Assembly: GCA_963676835.2 (NCBI GenBank)
Contig: CAXXFF010000004.1
Coordinates: forward strand, 448,001 to 512,000
From: Marispirochaeta sp.
GTDB lineage: Bacteria > Spirochaetota > Spirochaetia > JC444 > Marispirochaetaceae
DNA length: 64,000 bases
Direction of reading: 5' to 3'
Below are positions 1 to 10,576 of the stretch, in pieces. The position numbers and the translations under genes were made by a program. The notes beneath the pieces were generated by a model, which saw only the letters and a list, made by a program, of their open reading frames with translations, ran no database searches and had not been told where the DNA came from. Numbering within the stretch: position 1 is the first letter of the stretch; each line of letters begins with the position of its first letter.

Positions 1-2
1 GG

Positions 3-161
3 AGCATGAGGGCCGGAGGGCTTTTCTGCCTGCTCAGCGATACAATTGCCCGCTCCATAATGCCCCCGGCGGAAATACCCGTGGGTATTATCACCGCCCT
101 TTTCGGCGCCCCCTATTTTCTTTTTCTCCTGCGCCGCCGTACAGGCAGGTTCTCCAGATGA
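3..161 (+). CDS. FecCD/BtuC-family ABC permease, 3' end only (truncated by window edge)
   Basis: Manual translation gives ...AGGLFCLLSDTIARSIMPPAEIPVGIITALFGAPYFLFLLRRRTGRFSR*, the typical C-terminus of iron-siderophore/B12 permeases; ATGA overlap with the next gene. Confidence 0.9.
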   Translation, partial: SMRAGGLFCLLSDTIARSIMPPAEIPVGIITALFGAPYFLFLLRRRTGRFSR

Positions 162-946
162 AACAGCTCAAAACAGACGGCCTTGGCTTCAGTTACGGCG
201 GAAAAAAGGTCCTGTCCGGCATTTCTGCGGAAATCCGCAGCGGCGAGTTTACCGCAATCACCGGACCAAACGGCTCAGGGAAGACAACACTGCTGAAAAA
301 CCTGCTAACCCTGCTCTCCCCGGATGAAGGGACTATATTGCTGGACAGCAGGGATATTCGCAGTTTTTCCCGGCGCGAGCTTTCACGGAAGGCCGGTTCG
401 GTTCCACAGAATCCTTCCATGGATTACGATTATACCGTGGAAGAAGCGGTACTCATGGGACGCTTTCCCCATCTTTCCCGTTTTCAAAGCCTCTCTTCCG
501 CCGACTATGCAATAGCGCGAAACGCCATGGAGAAGGCAGACATACTTGGAATGAAAGACCAGCTGGTTAGCCGTCTTTCCGGAGGGGAAGCCCAGAGAGC
601 GGCAATTGCCCGGGCACTGACACAGGAGCCGGATATCCTCGCCCTGGACGAACCAACCAACCACCTGGATATAAGACACCAGGTGGAAATACTCTCTCTG
701 TTGAAAAACCTCTGCAGAGAAAAAGGTCTGGCGGTTATTACTGTCCTTCATGATCTTAACTTCGCCCTGGGCTATGCAGACCAGGTAATCCTTCTCCAGG
801 ACGGAAATATACACAGCGCCGGAAAGCCGGAAGAGGTGCTCAACCCTGACAGTATCCACTCAGTTTACGGTGTAGAGTCCACCATGGAAAAAGACCCCTT
901 CAGCGGCCGACCCAGGATTCTTTTTCAGATAACCCCCCGGGAATAG
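158..946 (+). CDS. Iron-siderophore/heme/cobalamin ABC transporter ATP-binding protein
   Basis: Walker A GPNGSGKT, signature LSGGEAQR, Walker B LALDEPTNHLD, LHDLNFA; follows the FecCD permease. Confidence 0.93.
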   Translation: MKQLKTDGLGFSYGGKKVLSGISAEIRSGEFTAITGPNGSGKTTLLKNLLTLLSPDEGTILLDSRDIRSFSRRELSRKAGSVPQNPSMDYDYTVEEAVLMGRFPHLSRFQSLSSADYAIARNAMEKADILGMKDQLVSRLSGGEAQRAAIARALTQEPDILALDEPTNHLDIRHQVEILSLLKNLCREKGLAVITVLHDLNFALGYADQVILLQDGNIHSAGKPEEVLNPDSIHSVYGVESTMEKDPFSGRPRILFQITPRE

Positions 947-1064
947 TCCCCGCCCATATGTAATTGGGAAAAGAGAAATTTGCCACATTTCTACAGGATA
1001 ACTATACTTAGACCATTGTTAGTCTGTATTCAGTGGATGAAAAATTAAGGAGCAGCAGTAAAAA

Positions 1065-2027
1065 ATGAAATATATAGCCTACGGTGTCGCACCGGACCAG
1101 GCAGATGAAGATCTGCTTTTCAGTCTGCAGAATGCCGCACCGGATTACACCATAGTAACAGGACGCACAAAAAAAGAGCTGAAACCCTATCTTTCCGGTA
1201 TAGAGATAGCCTTCCGGGATATTGAGAATGATGCCCTGGGGGCAATGCCGAAGCTTAAATGGTTTCAGGCCTGGTCTGCCGGTATCGATCATCTTTTAAA
1301 AGATAAGAATCTGCAGAAAAGCAGTTTTCAGATATCCAGTGCCAGCGGGATTCACCCGGTACCCATGGCGGAACATATATTCAGCCTCCTTCTGACCCTC
1401 GGTCGGGGGCTGCTCCATGCAGACCAGTTTCGCCGGAACCACGAATTCGGCAAGGTTGCTCCGGAGAAACTCTTTGAGCTGGACGGAAAGAATATGCTCA
1501 TTCTTGGAGCCGGGGCCATTGGAAGGAGAACCGCCACCCTGGCCCGGGCCTTCGGCATGCGGGTAACCGCTGCAAAACGGCGCAATCTGGACCGCCTTGG
1601 GCCCTTTGATCAGGTGATACCCTGGGAGTCCTTCCGTGAGTATCTTGAGTCATCGGACATTGTACTAAACATTCTTCCCCTTACCCCGGATACGGAAAAT
1701 CTGTTTACCGCAGCAGAGTTTAAACGGATGCGCACCGACTCAATCTTTGTAAATGTGGGAAGAGGCAAAACCGTGGTCCAGGAAGCTCTGGAAGATGCTC
1801 TCTTGTCCGGTACCATTGGAGGGGCATGCCTGGACGTTACCGACCCGGAACCCCTGCCTTCTGCTTCACCCCTCTGGGAAATGGACAATGTGGTTCTTAC
1901 CGGACACTATGCAGGGTTTACCCCCCGCTACGAAGAGAGGGGTAATAAACTGTTTCTTAAAAATCTTGAACTGTATCTCCAGGGAAAAACCCCGGAGAAT
2001 ATTGTAGACCGCGAAAGGGGCTACTGA
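1065..2027 (+). CDS. D-2-hydroxyacid dehydrogenase (NAD-binding)
   Basis: GAGAIG Rossmann motif, VNVGRG, LDVTDPEP, GHYAG; SD AGGAG upstream. Confidence 0.9.
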   Translation: MKYIAYGVAPDQADEDLLFSLQNAAPDYTIVTGRTKKELKPYLSGIEIAFRDIENDALGAMPKLKWFQAWSAGIDHLLKDKNLQKSSFQISSASGIHPVPMAEHIFSLLLTLGRGLLHADQFRRNHEFGKVAPEKLFELDGKNMLILGAGAIGRRTATLARAFGMRVTAAKRRNLDRLGPFDQVIPWESFREYLESSDIVLNILPLTPDTENLFTAAEFKRMRTDSIFVNVGRGKTVVQEALEDALLSGTIGGACLDVTDPEPLPSASPLWEMDNVVLTGHYAGFTPRYEERGNKLFLKNLELYLQGKTPENIVDRERGY

Positions 2028-2033
2028 GGCTGC

Positions 2034-4982
2034 CTAAACAGGAAGCCTCAGGCTTTTCTCCCGGAACCCGGGAAATACAGTACACACCTCTTCGAGCTTT
2101 TCGGGAGAAGTAAAGAGCACCCGGCTCCCCTGGTTCATTTTCTCCCTGAGGAGTTTCGCCGCTTCCTGCACAGAATCGGGCGTTGCAGCCAGCAGCTGAG
2201 TACGCTTATCCTGCCTCAGAGTATCGGGGATACCGTAGACCATACGCCGGAACGCCAGCAGCCCTTTCTCTCCCGGAGAGAGGGGCCTAAGCTCCCTGCC
2301 GACAACACTTATTATCGATTTCTCAAGCAAACCGGCATCTACGCCTTCAGTAAGCAGATCCAGGGACTCCTGAAATGCCTGAAATGTTTTAAAGGTGTTG
2401 GGATCCCGGTAACTGGCCATGGTGAAAATCCCCTCCGTGGCATTTACCGAAGCAAAAGCGCCATACGCACCGCCCTGCATACGGATCTTCTCCCAGAGAG
2501 CTTCCACTTTCAGTATGTGACTTACCAGAACTTCCTCAGCGTGCAGTTTATCTCCCAGCCGGGCGGCGGGAAAGCAGACTGCACCAAAATTAACCGTGGA
2601 AGGAATAAGCAGGGATTCATAGTCCGATTGTACCGGAGAACCGGCAAGAAGCGTCTTACCCGGTGCTTCACCCCGGTTGAACCGTTCCCTGAAGGAATCA
2701 ATCAGGGGAAGAACCCGGGAATCCGCCCCTTCGTCGGCGGTAAGCACAAACTGCATACGGTTCTGGACCATCAGACGGTTTTTGAGGGAGGTCATCCGCT
2801 GGGAAAGACTCTCCCAGACAGTTTCAAATCCGGTACTCATGGAGTTGAGGTAAAGAAACTGCTCAACACCCCGCCACTCTTCCTCAAGGGCAAGAACAGG
2901 TGAAAATCCCCGGGATGCCCGTAAGGATGCATAGGAATGGCCGGAAGAAACAAGAGAAGAACGCATATCATTGCGCATCTCAAAGAGTTCTTCCTTGAGG
3001 CGCTGCTGATCATCCATGATACCCCGGGTGAGCAGATTGGAGACAATCTCCAGAGTCCGCTCAAACTCATCTTCCAGAGCTTTTATTCTGAAATAGAGGT
3101 ACATCGCCGGATCATCAGGATTCTCAACCCGGTCGGAGGCCTCCATAAAAGAGTAAAAGCCACCGCTATGCCGGCTGAGAAGCATGGCTACCCGGTCATA
3201 GGAGACCCCGGGGTAGCCGGTATTGGTAATATATTTTGAAAAATAGGGCAGAAGGAGCAGTTCATTCTGCTCGAGTCCGCCCAGGTCAATGGCAATATCA
3301 AGATAGACAACCCCGTTACAGAAGGTTGTGTGGGTATAGAGCTCAGAACCGTCCCGGGTCTGGCGGTCAAGTGAAAGCTTCTGTACTTCCCGGGGGAGGT
3401 CATCCATGGAAACACAGGGAACAGCCGCAAGGTCTTCAGGAGCATCCGGAGTGTCCTGAAAGCGTTTCATCTGAGCCAGCTCCTCAGCAAGAACCTTGAC
3501 ACCGGAGCTGCCGATAGTAGCCTCGGTATGCTTGAGCCATTCCCGCTCATCTTCCTGGTTGTGCTGATGATACTGTTCTTCGGGACGGACGGTGACTACA
3601 ATTCTGTTGTAATTGTCTATGAGCTCTTCCTGAATCATGCGGGTAAAGAGATCCGGACTGCCGTCAATACGCTGTTTCAGTTCCTCGATAACATTTTCAT
3701 AGCACATGGTATTTTCGGGAGCTTCATCATGGAGCCATCCCCGGAGAGCCCGGCCCATAAGCCTGAGCCCGAAAGGAGCGCCGCCGCGAATTTCGCGATG
3801 ACGGAAATCGATTCGGGCAAGAGCTGCTTCCTGAAATTCTGCAGGAATCCCCTCGGATACAAGACTCTGAAGAATACCGAAAATAGTCTCTTCCAGCCGC
3901 TCCCGTTTTCCGGCTTCTATTCCGCGCAGCCCCGCTGCAAAAACAAGATCCCGCAGTTCGGAATCAAGACCGCTGGAGGGAGAAATATCTTCACCCATAT
4001 GGGAATCAACCAGGGCCTTATACAGGGGCGATCCGGGATGTCCGAGAAGAATTTCCGCAAGGACCTCCCAGGCAAGCAGATAAACCGGATCATTGATGGT
4101 ACCAAGACGCCAGCTGATGAGGATGGAAGAACCCTGTTCGCCCTCCTCGGACTCTCCTCCGGGGGCATCCACCGTAAGGTTCCGGGGAGCATCCCAGTCG
4201 GATTCCTCACTTATGCGGGCATCCACCTGCCGGGGCTCGGTAAAGCCTGAAAGAAAGTTCTCCTGGATAAACTGCAGCTGTTCACCGGTGGGAATGTTTC
4301 CATAGAGAAAAACCCGGCAGTTGGAAGGGTGATAAAACTCTTCGTGGTAAGCCTGGAAATCCTCATAGGTGAGTTCCCGTATAGAGGCAGGCTCTCCGCC
4401 GGAATCAAATCCGTAGCTGGAATCGGGAAACAGTCCACGATAGGACCACTCCCCCACAATCGATTCAAAGGAGGAGTAGTTTCCCTGCATCTCGTTGAAA
4501 ACAACGCCGGAAACTTCAAGCCCCTTATCGCCGGGTTCCAGCCGCACACCTTCCTGATGAAAAATCTCTTTTCTCAGCAGAGGGAAGAAGACCGCATCGC
4601 CGTAGACGGACATGAGATTATAATAGTCCGCCGCCACAGTGCTGGCACCGGGGTAAACGGTTTTATCGGGATAGGTCATGGCATTGAGGAAGGTATTAAG
4701 ACTTCCTTTCAGCAGCACCAGGAACGGATCCTTGATGGGAAACTTACGGGAACCTGCCAGTACCGCATGTTCCACGATATGGGCAACACCGCTGTTGTCC
4801 CTGGGGGGGGTTTTGAAGGTGAAGGAGAAAAGATTCTCCCTGTCGTCGTTATACACATGAAAAAGATCCAGACCCGTCGCTTCGTGGCGGGCCCGGATTC
4901 CTTTTCCCCGGAATTCAGGCAGGTCGATTACCGACTCGATCCTGAATCCGTGAAGAGCATCACCGGGATGCAGATTTTCCAT
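2034..4982 (-). CDS. M16C (insulinase/presequence protease PreP-like) zinc metallopeptidase
   Basis: Inverted zinc motif HIVEH, FLNAMTYPDKTVYP, GVVFNEMQG, IRMQGGAYG, SYRDPN. Confidence 0.93.
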   Translation of the reverse strand: MENLHPGDALHGFRIESVIDLPEFRGKGIRARHEATGLDLFHVYNDDRENLFSFTFKTPPRDNSGVAHIVEHAVLAGSRKFPIKDPFLVLLKGSLNTFLNAMTYPDKTVYPGASTVAADYYNLMSVYGDAVFFPLLRKEIFHQEGVRLEPGDKGLEVSGVVFNEMQGNYSSFESIVGEWSYRGLFPDSSYGFDSGGEPASIRELTYEDFQAYHEEFYHPSNCRVFLYGNIPTGEQLQFIQENFLSGFTEPRQVDARISEESDWDAPRNLTVDAPGGESEEGEQGSSILISWRLGTINDPVYLLAWEVLAEILLGHPGSPLYKALVDSHMGEDISPSSGLDSELRDLVFAAGLRGIEAGKRERLEETIFGILQSLVSEGIPAEFQEAALARIDFRHREIRGGAPFGLRLMGRALRGWLHDEAPENTMCYENVIEELKQRIDGSPDLFTRMIQEELIDNYNRIVVTVRPEEQYHQHNQEDEREWLKHTEATIGSSGVKVLAEELAQMKRFQDTPDAPEDLAAVPCVSMDDLPREVQKLSLDRQTRDGSELYTHTTFCNGVVYLDIAIDLGGLEQNELLLLPYFSKYITNTGYPGVSYDRVAMLLSRHSGGFYSFMEASDRVENPDDPAMYLYFRIKALEDEFERTLEIVSNLLTRGIMDDQQRLKEELFEMRNDMRSSLVSSGHSYASLRASRGFSPVLALEEEWRGVEQFLYLNSMSTGFETVWESLSQRMTSLKNRLMVQNRMQFVLTADEGADSRVLPLIDSFRERFNRGEAPGKTLLAGSPVQSDYESLLIPSTVNFGAVCFPAARLGDKLHAEEVLVSHILKVEALWEKIRMQGGAYGAFASVNATEGIFTMASYRDPNTFKTFQAFQESLDLLTEGVDAGLLEKSIISVVGRELRPLSPGEKGLLAFRRMVYGIPDTLRQDKRTQLLAATPDSVQEAAKLLREKMNQGSRVLFTSPEKLEEVCTVFPGFREKSLRLPV

Positions 4983-5000
4983 CTTCAGAATACTCCGAAA

Positions 5001-7304
5001 TCAGGAAAGAAGATCAGCGAAGGGATTGTAGCCGTCGCTAGAATTATTGTTATTGTTGCCCCGCCCGCCGCCGCGGTTGTTACGGTTGTTGCCGCCTCCA
5101 CGGGGCCCACCGCCGCGGTTGTCGTCCCGCCGGGGACGGCGGTCACCACCGCCGCGCTGCTGGGTGGAAGATGCTCCGCTTTTCATGGTAAGGGCAATAC
5201 GCTTGCGGTCCGCATCAACCTCAAGAACCTTAACCTTAACCTGCTGGTGCACTTTCACAATATCTGCGGGATTCTGTATAAACTCATCGGAGAGCTCACT
5301 GATATGTACAAGGCCGTCCTGATGAACACCGATATCAACAAAAGCACCGAAATTGGTAACGTTGGTAACAATTCCCGGAAGCTCCATTCCCGGCTCAAGC
5401 TGGGAAATCTCGGTTACACCGTCGGCGAAAGCAATGGCTTCGAACTCATCACGGGGGTCACGTCCGGGCTTGGCAAGCTCCTCAACGATATCCTTGAGAG
5501 TAGGTATTCCGACCTCACCTTCTGCATAGGAGGCAAGATCAAGCTGATCCCGGAGCGATCCGTCATCCATAAGAGCCTTTACATCAACACTCAGGTCGGA
5601 GGCCATCTTGTTTACCAGCTCGTAGCGTTCTGGGTGAACAGCACTGGCATCCAGGGGGTTTTCCGCATCCTGAATCCGCAGGAAGCCCGCAGCCAGTTCA
5701 TAGGTTTTCTCACCCATGCCTTCCACAGACTTAAGCTCATCCCGGGTTTTAAAAGGACCGTTTGTCTCCCGGTATTTTGCAATGGCTTTGGCCAGGCGTC
5801 CGCCCAGTCCACTGACATACTGCATCAGGTGGGGAGAGGCGGTATTAACCTCAACCCCCACGGAGTTAACCGCGGAAACAACAACGTCGTCCAGGCTCCG
5901 TTTAAGGAGTTTCTGATCAACATCATGCTGATACTGCCCCACTCCAATGGCTTTGGGGTCGATTTTAACCAGTTCCGCCAGGGGATCCATGAGTCTGCGG
6001 CCGATGGAGATGGCTCCACGGACGGTAACATCATAATCGGGAAATTCTTCCCGGGCAGCCTTGGATGCAGAGTAAACCGATGCGCCGGACTCGTTCACCA
6101 TAACCAGGGGAATCTTCATTCCCAGGGAACGGACAAAGGAGAATGCCTCCCGCCCGCCGGTACCGTTACCCACGGCAATAGCTTCAATCTTATATTTTTC
6201 CACCATCTTTTTCAGTGCTTCTGACGCATCCTGGCGGCGGTTCCGGGGAGGAAGGGGAAAGATTGTTTCTGAATGGATAAGATCACCCTGGGCAGTCAGA
6301 CAGACAACCTTGCAGCCGGTGCGAAGGCCCGGATCAATTGCCAGAACCGGCTTCTGTCCAAGGGGAGCTGCCAGCATAAGGTCTTTCAGATTCTGGGCAA
6401 AGACCTGAACTGCAGCCTCATCGGCACGCTGTTTTACCGTTTTGCGGTACTCGTTGGAAAGGGAAGGTGCAATAAGACGCTTGTAGGCATCCCGGATAGA
6501 GAGCTTAAGCTGCTCGGTATCGTCATCACGTCCTTCGGTAAATCCCCGCTCCAGCATATCAATAGTCGCTTCCTCATCGGGAGCCATACTCAGCGAGAGA
6601 TAACCTTCCTCGGCACCGCGCATGGCAGCAAGAATGCGGTGAGAGGGTGCGGAGTGGGCTTTTTCAGTCCAGTTGAAGTAATCCTTGTATTTATAGGCTT
6701 CGCGGTCCTTCTCTTTTGCCTTGTTCACCGAGCTTTTGATTATTGCTTCATCTTCAAAAAGATGGCGGAGGTCGGCTCGAACATCCGGATCCTCACTGAT
6801 CCATTCAGCGACAATATCCCTGGCTCCCTGAAGGGCATACTCAGCAGTATCAACACCTTTCTCGGGGTTAACAGCCTTCTCTGCTTCCGCGTCAAGGTCG
6901 ATATGGTCTTCGTCGTAGATTTTGTGGGCCAGCTCTTCGAGGCCTTTTTCCCTGGCAACAATGGCCCGGGTCCGCCGTTTGGGCCGGAAAGGAAGATAGA
7001 GATCCTCAAGATGGCTGAGAGTATCGGCCTTATTGATCTCCGCTTCAAGTTCGGGGGTAAGCTGTTCATGCTCCCGCATTGATTTGAGAATCGCCTCCCG
7101 GCGCTTGTTCAGTTCCACAAGCTTTTCAAGCCGGTCACGAATCGCAATAATCTGTACCTCATCGAGTCCGCCGGTCGCTTCTTTACGATAGCGGGCAATG
7201 AATGGTACCGTCGCTCCTTCTTCGAACAGCTTGATTACTGCTTCAACCTGATGCGGCTGAATGCGCTGTTCAAGGGCGATCACCTCCGGGTAGCTGTCTG
7301 GCAT
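5001..7304 (-). CDS. tex: Tex-family RNA-binding transcriptional accessory protein
   Basis: GATVPFIARYRKEATG, IDPGLRTGCK, ESGASVYSAS, IGVGQYQHD, C-terminal S1 domain (FGAFVDIGVHQDGLVHISE). Start moved to the ATG at 7304, which has an AAGGAG SD. Confidence 0.95.
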   Translation of the reverse strand: MPDSYPEVIALEQRIQPHQVEAVIKLFEEGATVPFIARYRKEATGGLDEVQIIAIRDRLEKLVELNKRREAILKSMREHEQLTPELEAEINKADTLSHLEDLYLPFRPKRRTRAIVAREKGLEELAHKIYDEDHIDLDAEAEKAVNPEKGVDTAEYALQGARDIVAEWISEDPDVRADLRHLFEDEAIIKSSVNKAKEKDREAYKYKDYFNWTEKAHSAPSHRILAAMRGAEEGYLSLSMAPDEEATIDMLERGFTEGRDDDTEQLKLSIRDAYKRLIAPSLSNEYRKTVKQRADEAAVQVFAQNLKDLMLAAPLGQKPVLAIDPGLRTGCKVVCLTAQGDLIHSETIFPLPPRNRRQDASEALKKMVEKYKIEAIAVGNGTGGREAFSFVRSLGMKIPLVMVNESGASVYSASKAAREEFPDYDVTVRGAISIGRRLMDPLAELVKIDPKAIGVGQYQHDVDQKLLKRSLDDVVVSAVNSVGVEVNTASPHLMQYVSGLGGRLAKAIAKYRETNGPFKTRDELKSVEGMGEKTYELAAGFLRIQDAENPLDASAVHPERYELVNKMASDLSVDVKALMDDGSLRDQLDLASYAEGEVGIPTLKDIVEELAKPGRDPRDEFEAIAFADGVTEISQLEPGMELPGIVTNVTNFGAFVDIGVHQDGLVHISELSDEFIQNPADIVKVHQQVKVKVLEVDADRKRIALTMKSGASSTQQRGGGDRRPRRDDNRGGGPRGGGNNRNNRGGGRGNNNNNSSDGYNPFADLLS

Positions 7305-7636
7305 AAATACTCCTTCTTCCTTCTCAATTAACACATGAGCCGGAAACTGTAGTACAATGCGACAGACACTGCCTCTTCCCGGCGCTCTATTTTTGCCTCT
7401 ATACCCTCTTTGCTTTTATACAAAGAAAACCATTCTCCTTTTATAACCTGAAGTTATAACCGGCAGAAAGGTAATCAAGCAGAGGCGCTAATTCTCTTCA
7501 TTTACGTTGCTGAACGAAAAGACATGGGCTTAGTAGAAAGTAGCAGAGATTGGAGATAATGACAAGAGGATGGATCCTGCCCCGCCTTCCCGGCGGTAGA
7601 GGAAAAAAGAATCCTGGAGTATGATTCTCCCCTGTT

Positions 7637-8614
7637 ATGATATCTCTTGAAACCGCCCGGCTTCGGGCAGAACTGCTGAATGGAGTGCGCACCTTTTTCC
7701 GCTCAAAAGAGTTTCTTGAGTGCGATACACCCCTGATGGCAGAGAAAGTAATCCCCGAAGCAACCATCGAGCTTTTCCCCGCCCGCTTTTCCAATCCCGA
7801 CGGCGAAGACCGGGAACTGTATCTGCTGCCGTCTCCTGAATACTGGCTGAAAAAGGTTTTAAAGGAGTTTCCCGGGACCGATATCTTTCAACTGGCCAAA
7901 TGCTTCCGCAACCGGGAGCAGACCGGCGGGCATCATAATATAGAGTTCACCATGCTTGAATGGTACCGGCAGAAGGCCGACTACCTCGATATAGAAAAGG
8001 ACACCAGAGAGCTGATACAGGACCTCTGCCTGAAGACAAACCTGCCTGTTCCTGTTTTTACCCGTATAAGCATGGAGGAGGCATTCTGCGAGTTTGCAGG
8101 CATCGATCTGGCTCCTCTCTGCAAGGACCTTTCAGGAGAGGGACTCAGGGAAGCAGCTGCAAAAAACCATATTCATACAGAAAGAGACGACAGCTGGAAT
8201 GATCTGTTTCAACGGCTCTTTATCAGCCTTGTGGAACCGGAGCTTCCCACGGAAGAACCCCTGTTTCTCTATGATTTTCCCGCAGGGATTACCTGCCTTG
8301 CTGCGGAAAAACCGGGAACCCCCTGGCGGGAACGGTGGGAGCTTTACTGGAAGGGAATTGAGCTTGCCAACTGCTACACCGAGATGACAGACCCGGAAGC
8401 GGTAAAAAGATTGATTAATAAGGAAACGGAAGAGAAGAACAGAATCGCGGCGGTCAAGGTTGCAGCAGACACAGAGTACTGGAAGACCTTCCAGCCCCCC
8501 TACCCTCCAACATCCGGAGCAGCTCTGGGGTTTGACCGGCTTATGATGCTCCTTTCCGGAAACGAGGACATTAAAGATACAATCTACTACCCTTTTATCC
8601 CGGATAAATCATAG
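7637..8614 (+). CDS. epmA: EF-P Lys34 beta-lysine ligase EpmA (PoxA/GenX; LysRS catalytic-domain paralog)
   Basis: SPEYWLKK, CFRN...HNIEFTMLEWY, ERWELYWKGIELAN, GAALGFDRL; no anticodon-binding domain; efp 2 kb downstream. Confidence 0.92.
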   Translation: MISLETARLRAELLNGVRTFFRSKEFLECDTPLMAEKVIPEATIELFPARFSNPDGEDRELYLLPSPEYWLKKVLKEFPGTDIFQLAKCFRNREQTGGHHNIEFTMLEWYRQKADYLDIEKDTRELIQDLCLKTNLPVPVFTRISMEEAFCEFAGIDLAPLCKDLSGEGLREAAAKNHIHTERDDSWNDLFQRLFISLVEPELPTEEPLFLYDFPAGITCLAAEKPGTPWRERWELYWKGIELANCYTEMTDPEAVKRLINKETEEKNRIAAVKVAADTEYWKTFQPPYPPTSGAALGFDRLMMLLSGNEDIKDTIYYPFIPDKS

Positions 8615-8621
8615 AACCGAA

Positions 8622-10412
8622 TCATTCTCCGGCAATATCGGGCAGAATTATTCGGAAAAGAGGTGACGGACTGGATTCCAGGGTACAGGTACCGCCCATC
8701 TGCTTTACCATTTCGTCAATCAGTCTCAGCCCGAGAGTCTTCCGGCCGGTCACTTCCTGCGGATCCCGGAAAGGTTGACCGTTGTTTCCCGCCGTAAAGA
8801 GACACCCGCCGTTCTTCCAGAGCTGTAAAGAGATAAAAAACTCAGGATCATCCTTCCCTGCGAAGGCATACTTCAGGGAGTTCATGGCAATCTCGTTTAC
8901 TATAAGCCCAAGTTCAAGGGCTATTTTTGAAGAAACCGGAATATCGCAAACACTGCTTTTGATACTGACTTTTCTGCTGGCAAAACTGCTGAAAACAGTC
9001 TCCACAAGGTCATCCAGATACTCCCGCAGATTGACTCTGCTCTGACTGTCGGAATAACTGAGCTTCTCGTGCACAAGCCCGATAGCCTGAACCTGACTGC
9101 GAATGTCTGAAAGATTTATATCGCCGGCATACTCCTTGAGCCTGAGCAGGGAATTGACCATCAGAAGGTTATTCTTTACCCGGTGATTCAGCTCTTTCAT
9201 AAGCTGTTTTTTCTCATCCAGCGCTTTTTCAAGCCTGCCGTTCAAAGCAAGAAGCTGATCAGCCCAGGATTTACTTTCCGAGATATCCCGGACAAAACCC
9301 TCCATAAGCACCGGGCCGTCTTCCTGCCTCCGCAGACTGATGTTCATACTGAACCAGCGGATATCACCCTGAATTGTTCTTCCGGGAAATTCAAAATTCT
9401 CAACACCTTCACATACCTTCAAGAGCTGCCACAAGTCCTGACGACGGGAAGGATCAACATTAAAGGGCGAATCCTCGCTGTTAAAATAGCGAAGCCCCTC
9501 CTCCTCGTTTACTGCTCCCATCATACGGACTGCGGAAAGATTGGCATGCAGCATGTGCCCATCAATTGTACTTATAAAAATCCCTACAGGAGCATTATTA
9601 AAAATACTACTGTAATCTTCCGCTTTCTTACTGGCTTCAGTAAGAAGTTTCTTATACTTATTTAAAATGGTTGTGTAGATAATAATTCCGCCGATCTGCC
9701 CCCCGCTCTCATGCCAGGGGCGCATTTCCCAGCTGGTATAATCCGTACTGCCGTCAGGCCGGGTAAAGGTGTCATCAGCACAATGAAGGACTTCTCCCTC
9801 CATAGCCCTGCGGTGAAGCTGCTTTAATTTTTCGGGAAGATTCGGATGAAGCTCATAATGACTGAGCCCCTTAAGATCGGCGAATTCAAACTTGTTATCC
9901 CGGATAATCTGGTCACTTACATAGAGATAGCGGAAATCCCGGTCCAGAACCACAATGCCTACGGGAGTATGCTTGACCACATATTCAAAGAGATTGCGCA
10001 AGTGCCCAGTTTCTTTCGCTTCACTTACAATCTTTTTGTTAGCCGAAAAAAGTTCCCAGGCCATCTGAATTGCTTCCAGCAGGACAAACTCTCCTGAATT
10101 CTTCAGCACATAGCCGTAGCGGGTAATATTCTTGACTCTGGCAACCATCTCTTTCTCTGCATGGCTTGTGAGAAAAACTATGGGAAGATCTTTCTTCTCA
10201 AGAATCAGCCGGGCTGTTTCCGTTCCATCCATGCCGGAACCCAGATCAATATCCATAAGTACAAGGGAGATGTCAGTATCGGTAAAAGCAAGATCCAGAG
10301 CCTGAAGCCCGTTATAGGCAGTAACAATGCTGAACCCCTCGGCTTGCAGAATTGTGGAGGTGTTTAATGCAATAAGTGCCTGGTCTTCCACCAGGAGAAT
10401 TTTTTTAAGCAT
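8622..10412 (-). CDS. Hybrid sensor kinase: REC-PAS-PAS-HisKA_2/HWE-type kinase
   Basis: N-terminal LLVED/LMDIDL receiver, two PAS-like segments, H-box ELNHRVKNNL, NEIAMNSLKYAF, TLGLRLI. Confidence 0.9.
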   Translation of the reverse strand: MLKKILLVEDQALIALNTSTILQAEGFSIVTAYNGLQALDLAFTDTDISLVLMDIDLGSGMDGTETARLILEKKDLPIVFLTSHAEKEMVARVKNITRYGYVLKNSGEFVLLEAIQMAWELFSANKKIVSEAKETGHLRNLFEYVVKHTPVGIVVLDRDFRYLYVSDQIIRDNKFEFADLKGLSHYELHPNLPEKLKQLHRRAMEGEVLHCADDTFTRPDGSTDYTSWEMRPWHESGGQIGGIIIYTTILNKYKKLLTEASKKAEDYSSIFNNAPVGIFISTIDGHMLHANLSAVRMMGAVNEEEGLRYFNSEDSPFNVDPSRRQDLWQLLKVCEGVENFEFPGRTIQGDIRWFSMNISLRRQEDGPVLMEGFVRDISESKSWADQLLALNGRLEKALDEKKQLMKELNHRVKNNLLMVNSLLRLKEYAGDINLSDIRSQVQAIGLVHEKLSYSDSQSRVNLREYLDDLVETVFSSFASRKVSIKSSVCDIPVSSKIALELGLIVNEIAMNSLKYAFAGKDDPEFFISLQLWKNGGCLFTAGNNGQPFRDPQEVTGRKTLGLRLIDEMVKQMGGTCTLESSPSPLFRIILPDIAGE

Positions 10413-10576
10413 ACCTGTTTTACCTGTGGGCTAAAGTGTAGATTGTCAGTCTGCGAAAAGCAATGCAAAAAATCTTATATGCCGGGAGGGGGGTCGAAAA
10501 AAAATTTTACTTGGGATATACTCACGGCTCATCACGCAAATGAAAAACCAATCTCAAGAGGATTAAGGATAGACGA

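Noticed and set aside
4329..6224. 631-aa plus-strand ORF
   Set aside because: Lies antisense to tex and the M16 peptidase and has no motifs; a shadow ORF expected from codon bias on the opposite strand
7637..8614. Calling this gene lysyl-tRNA synthetase
   Set aside because: No anticodon-binding domain; length and motifs fit EpmA
10488..10504. G6 and A8 homopolymers in the efp promoter region
   Set aside because: Too short to argue for phase variation without read-level evidence
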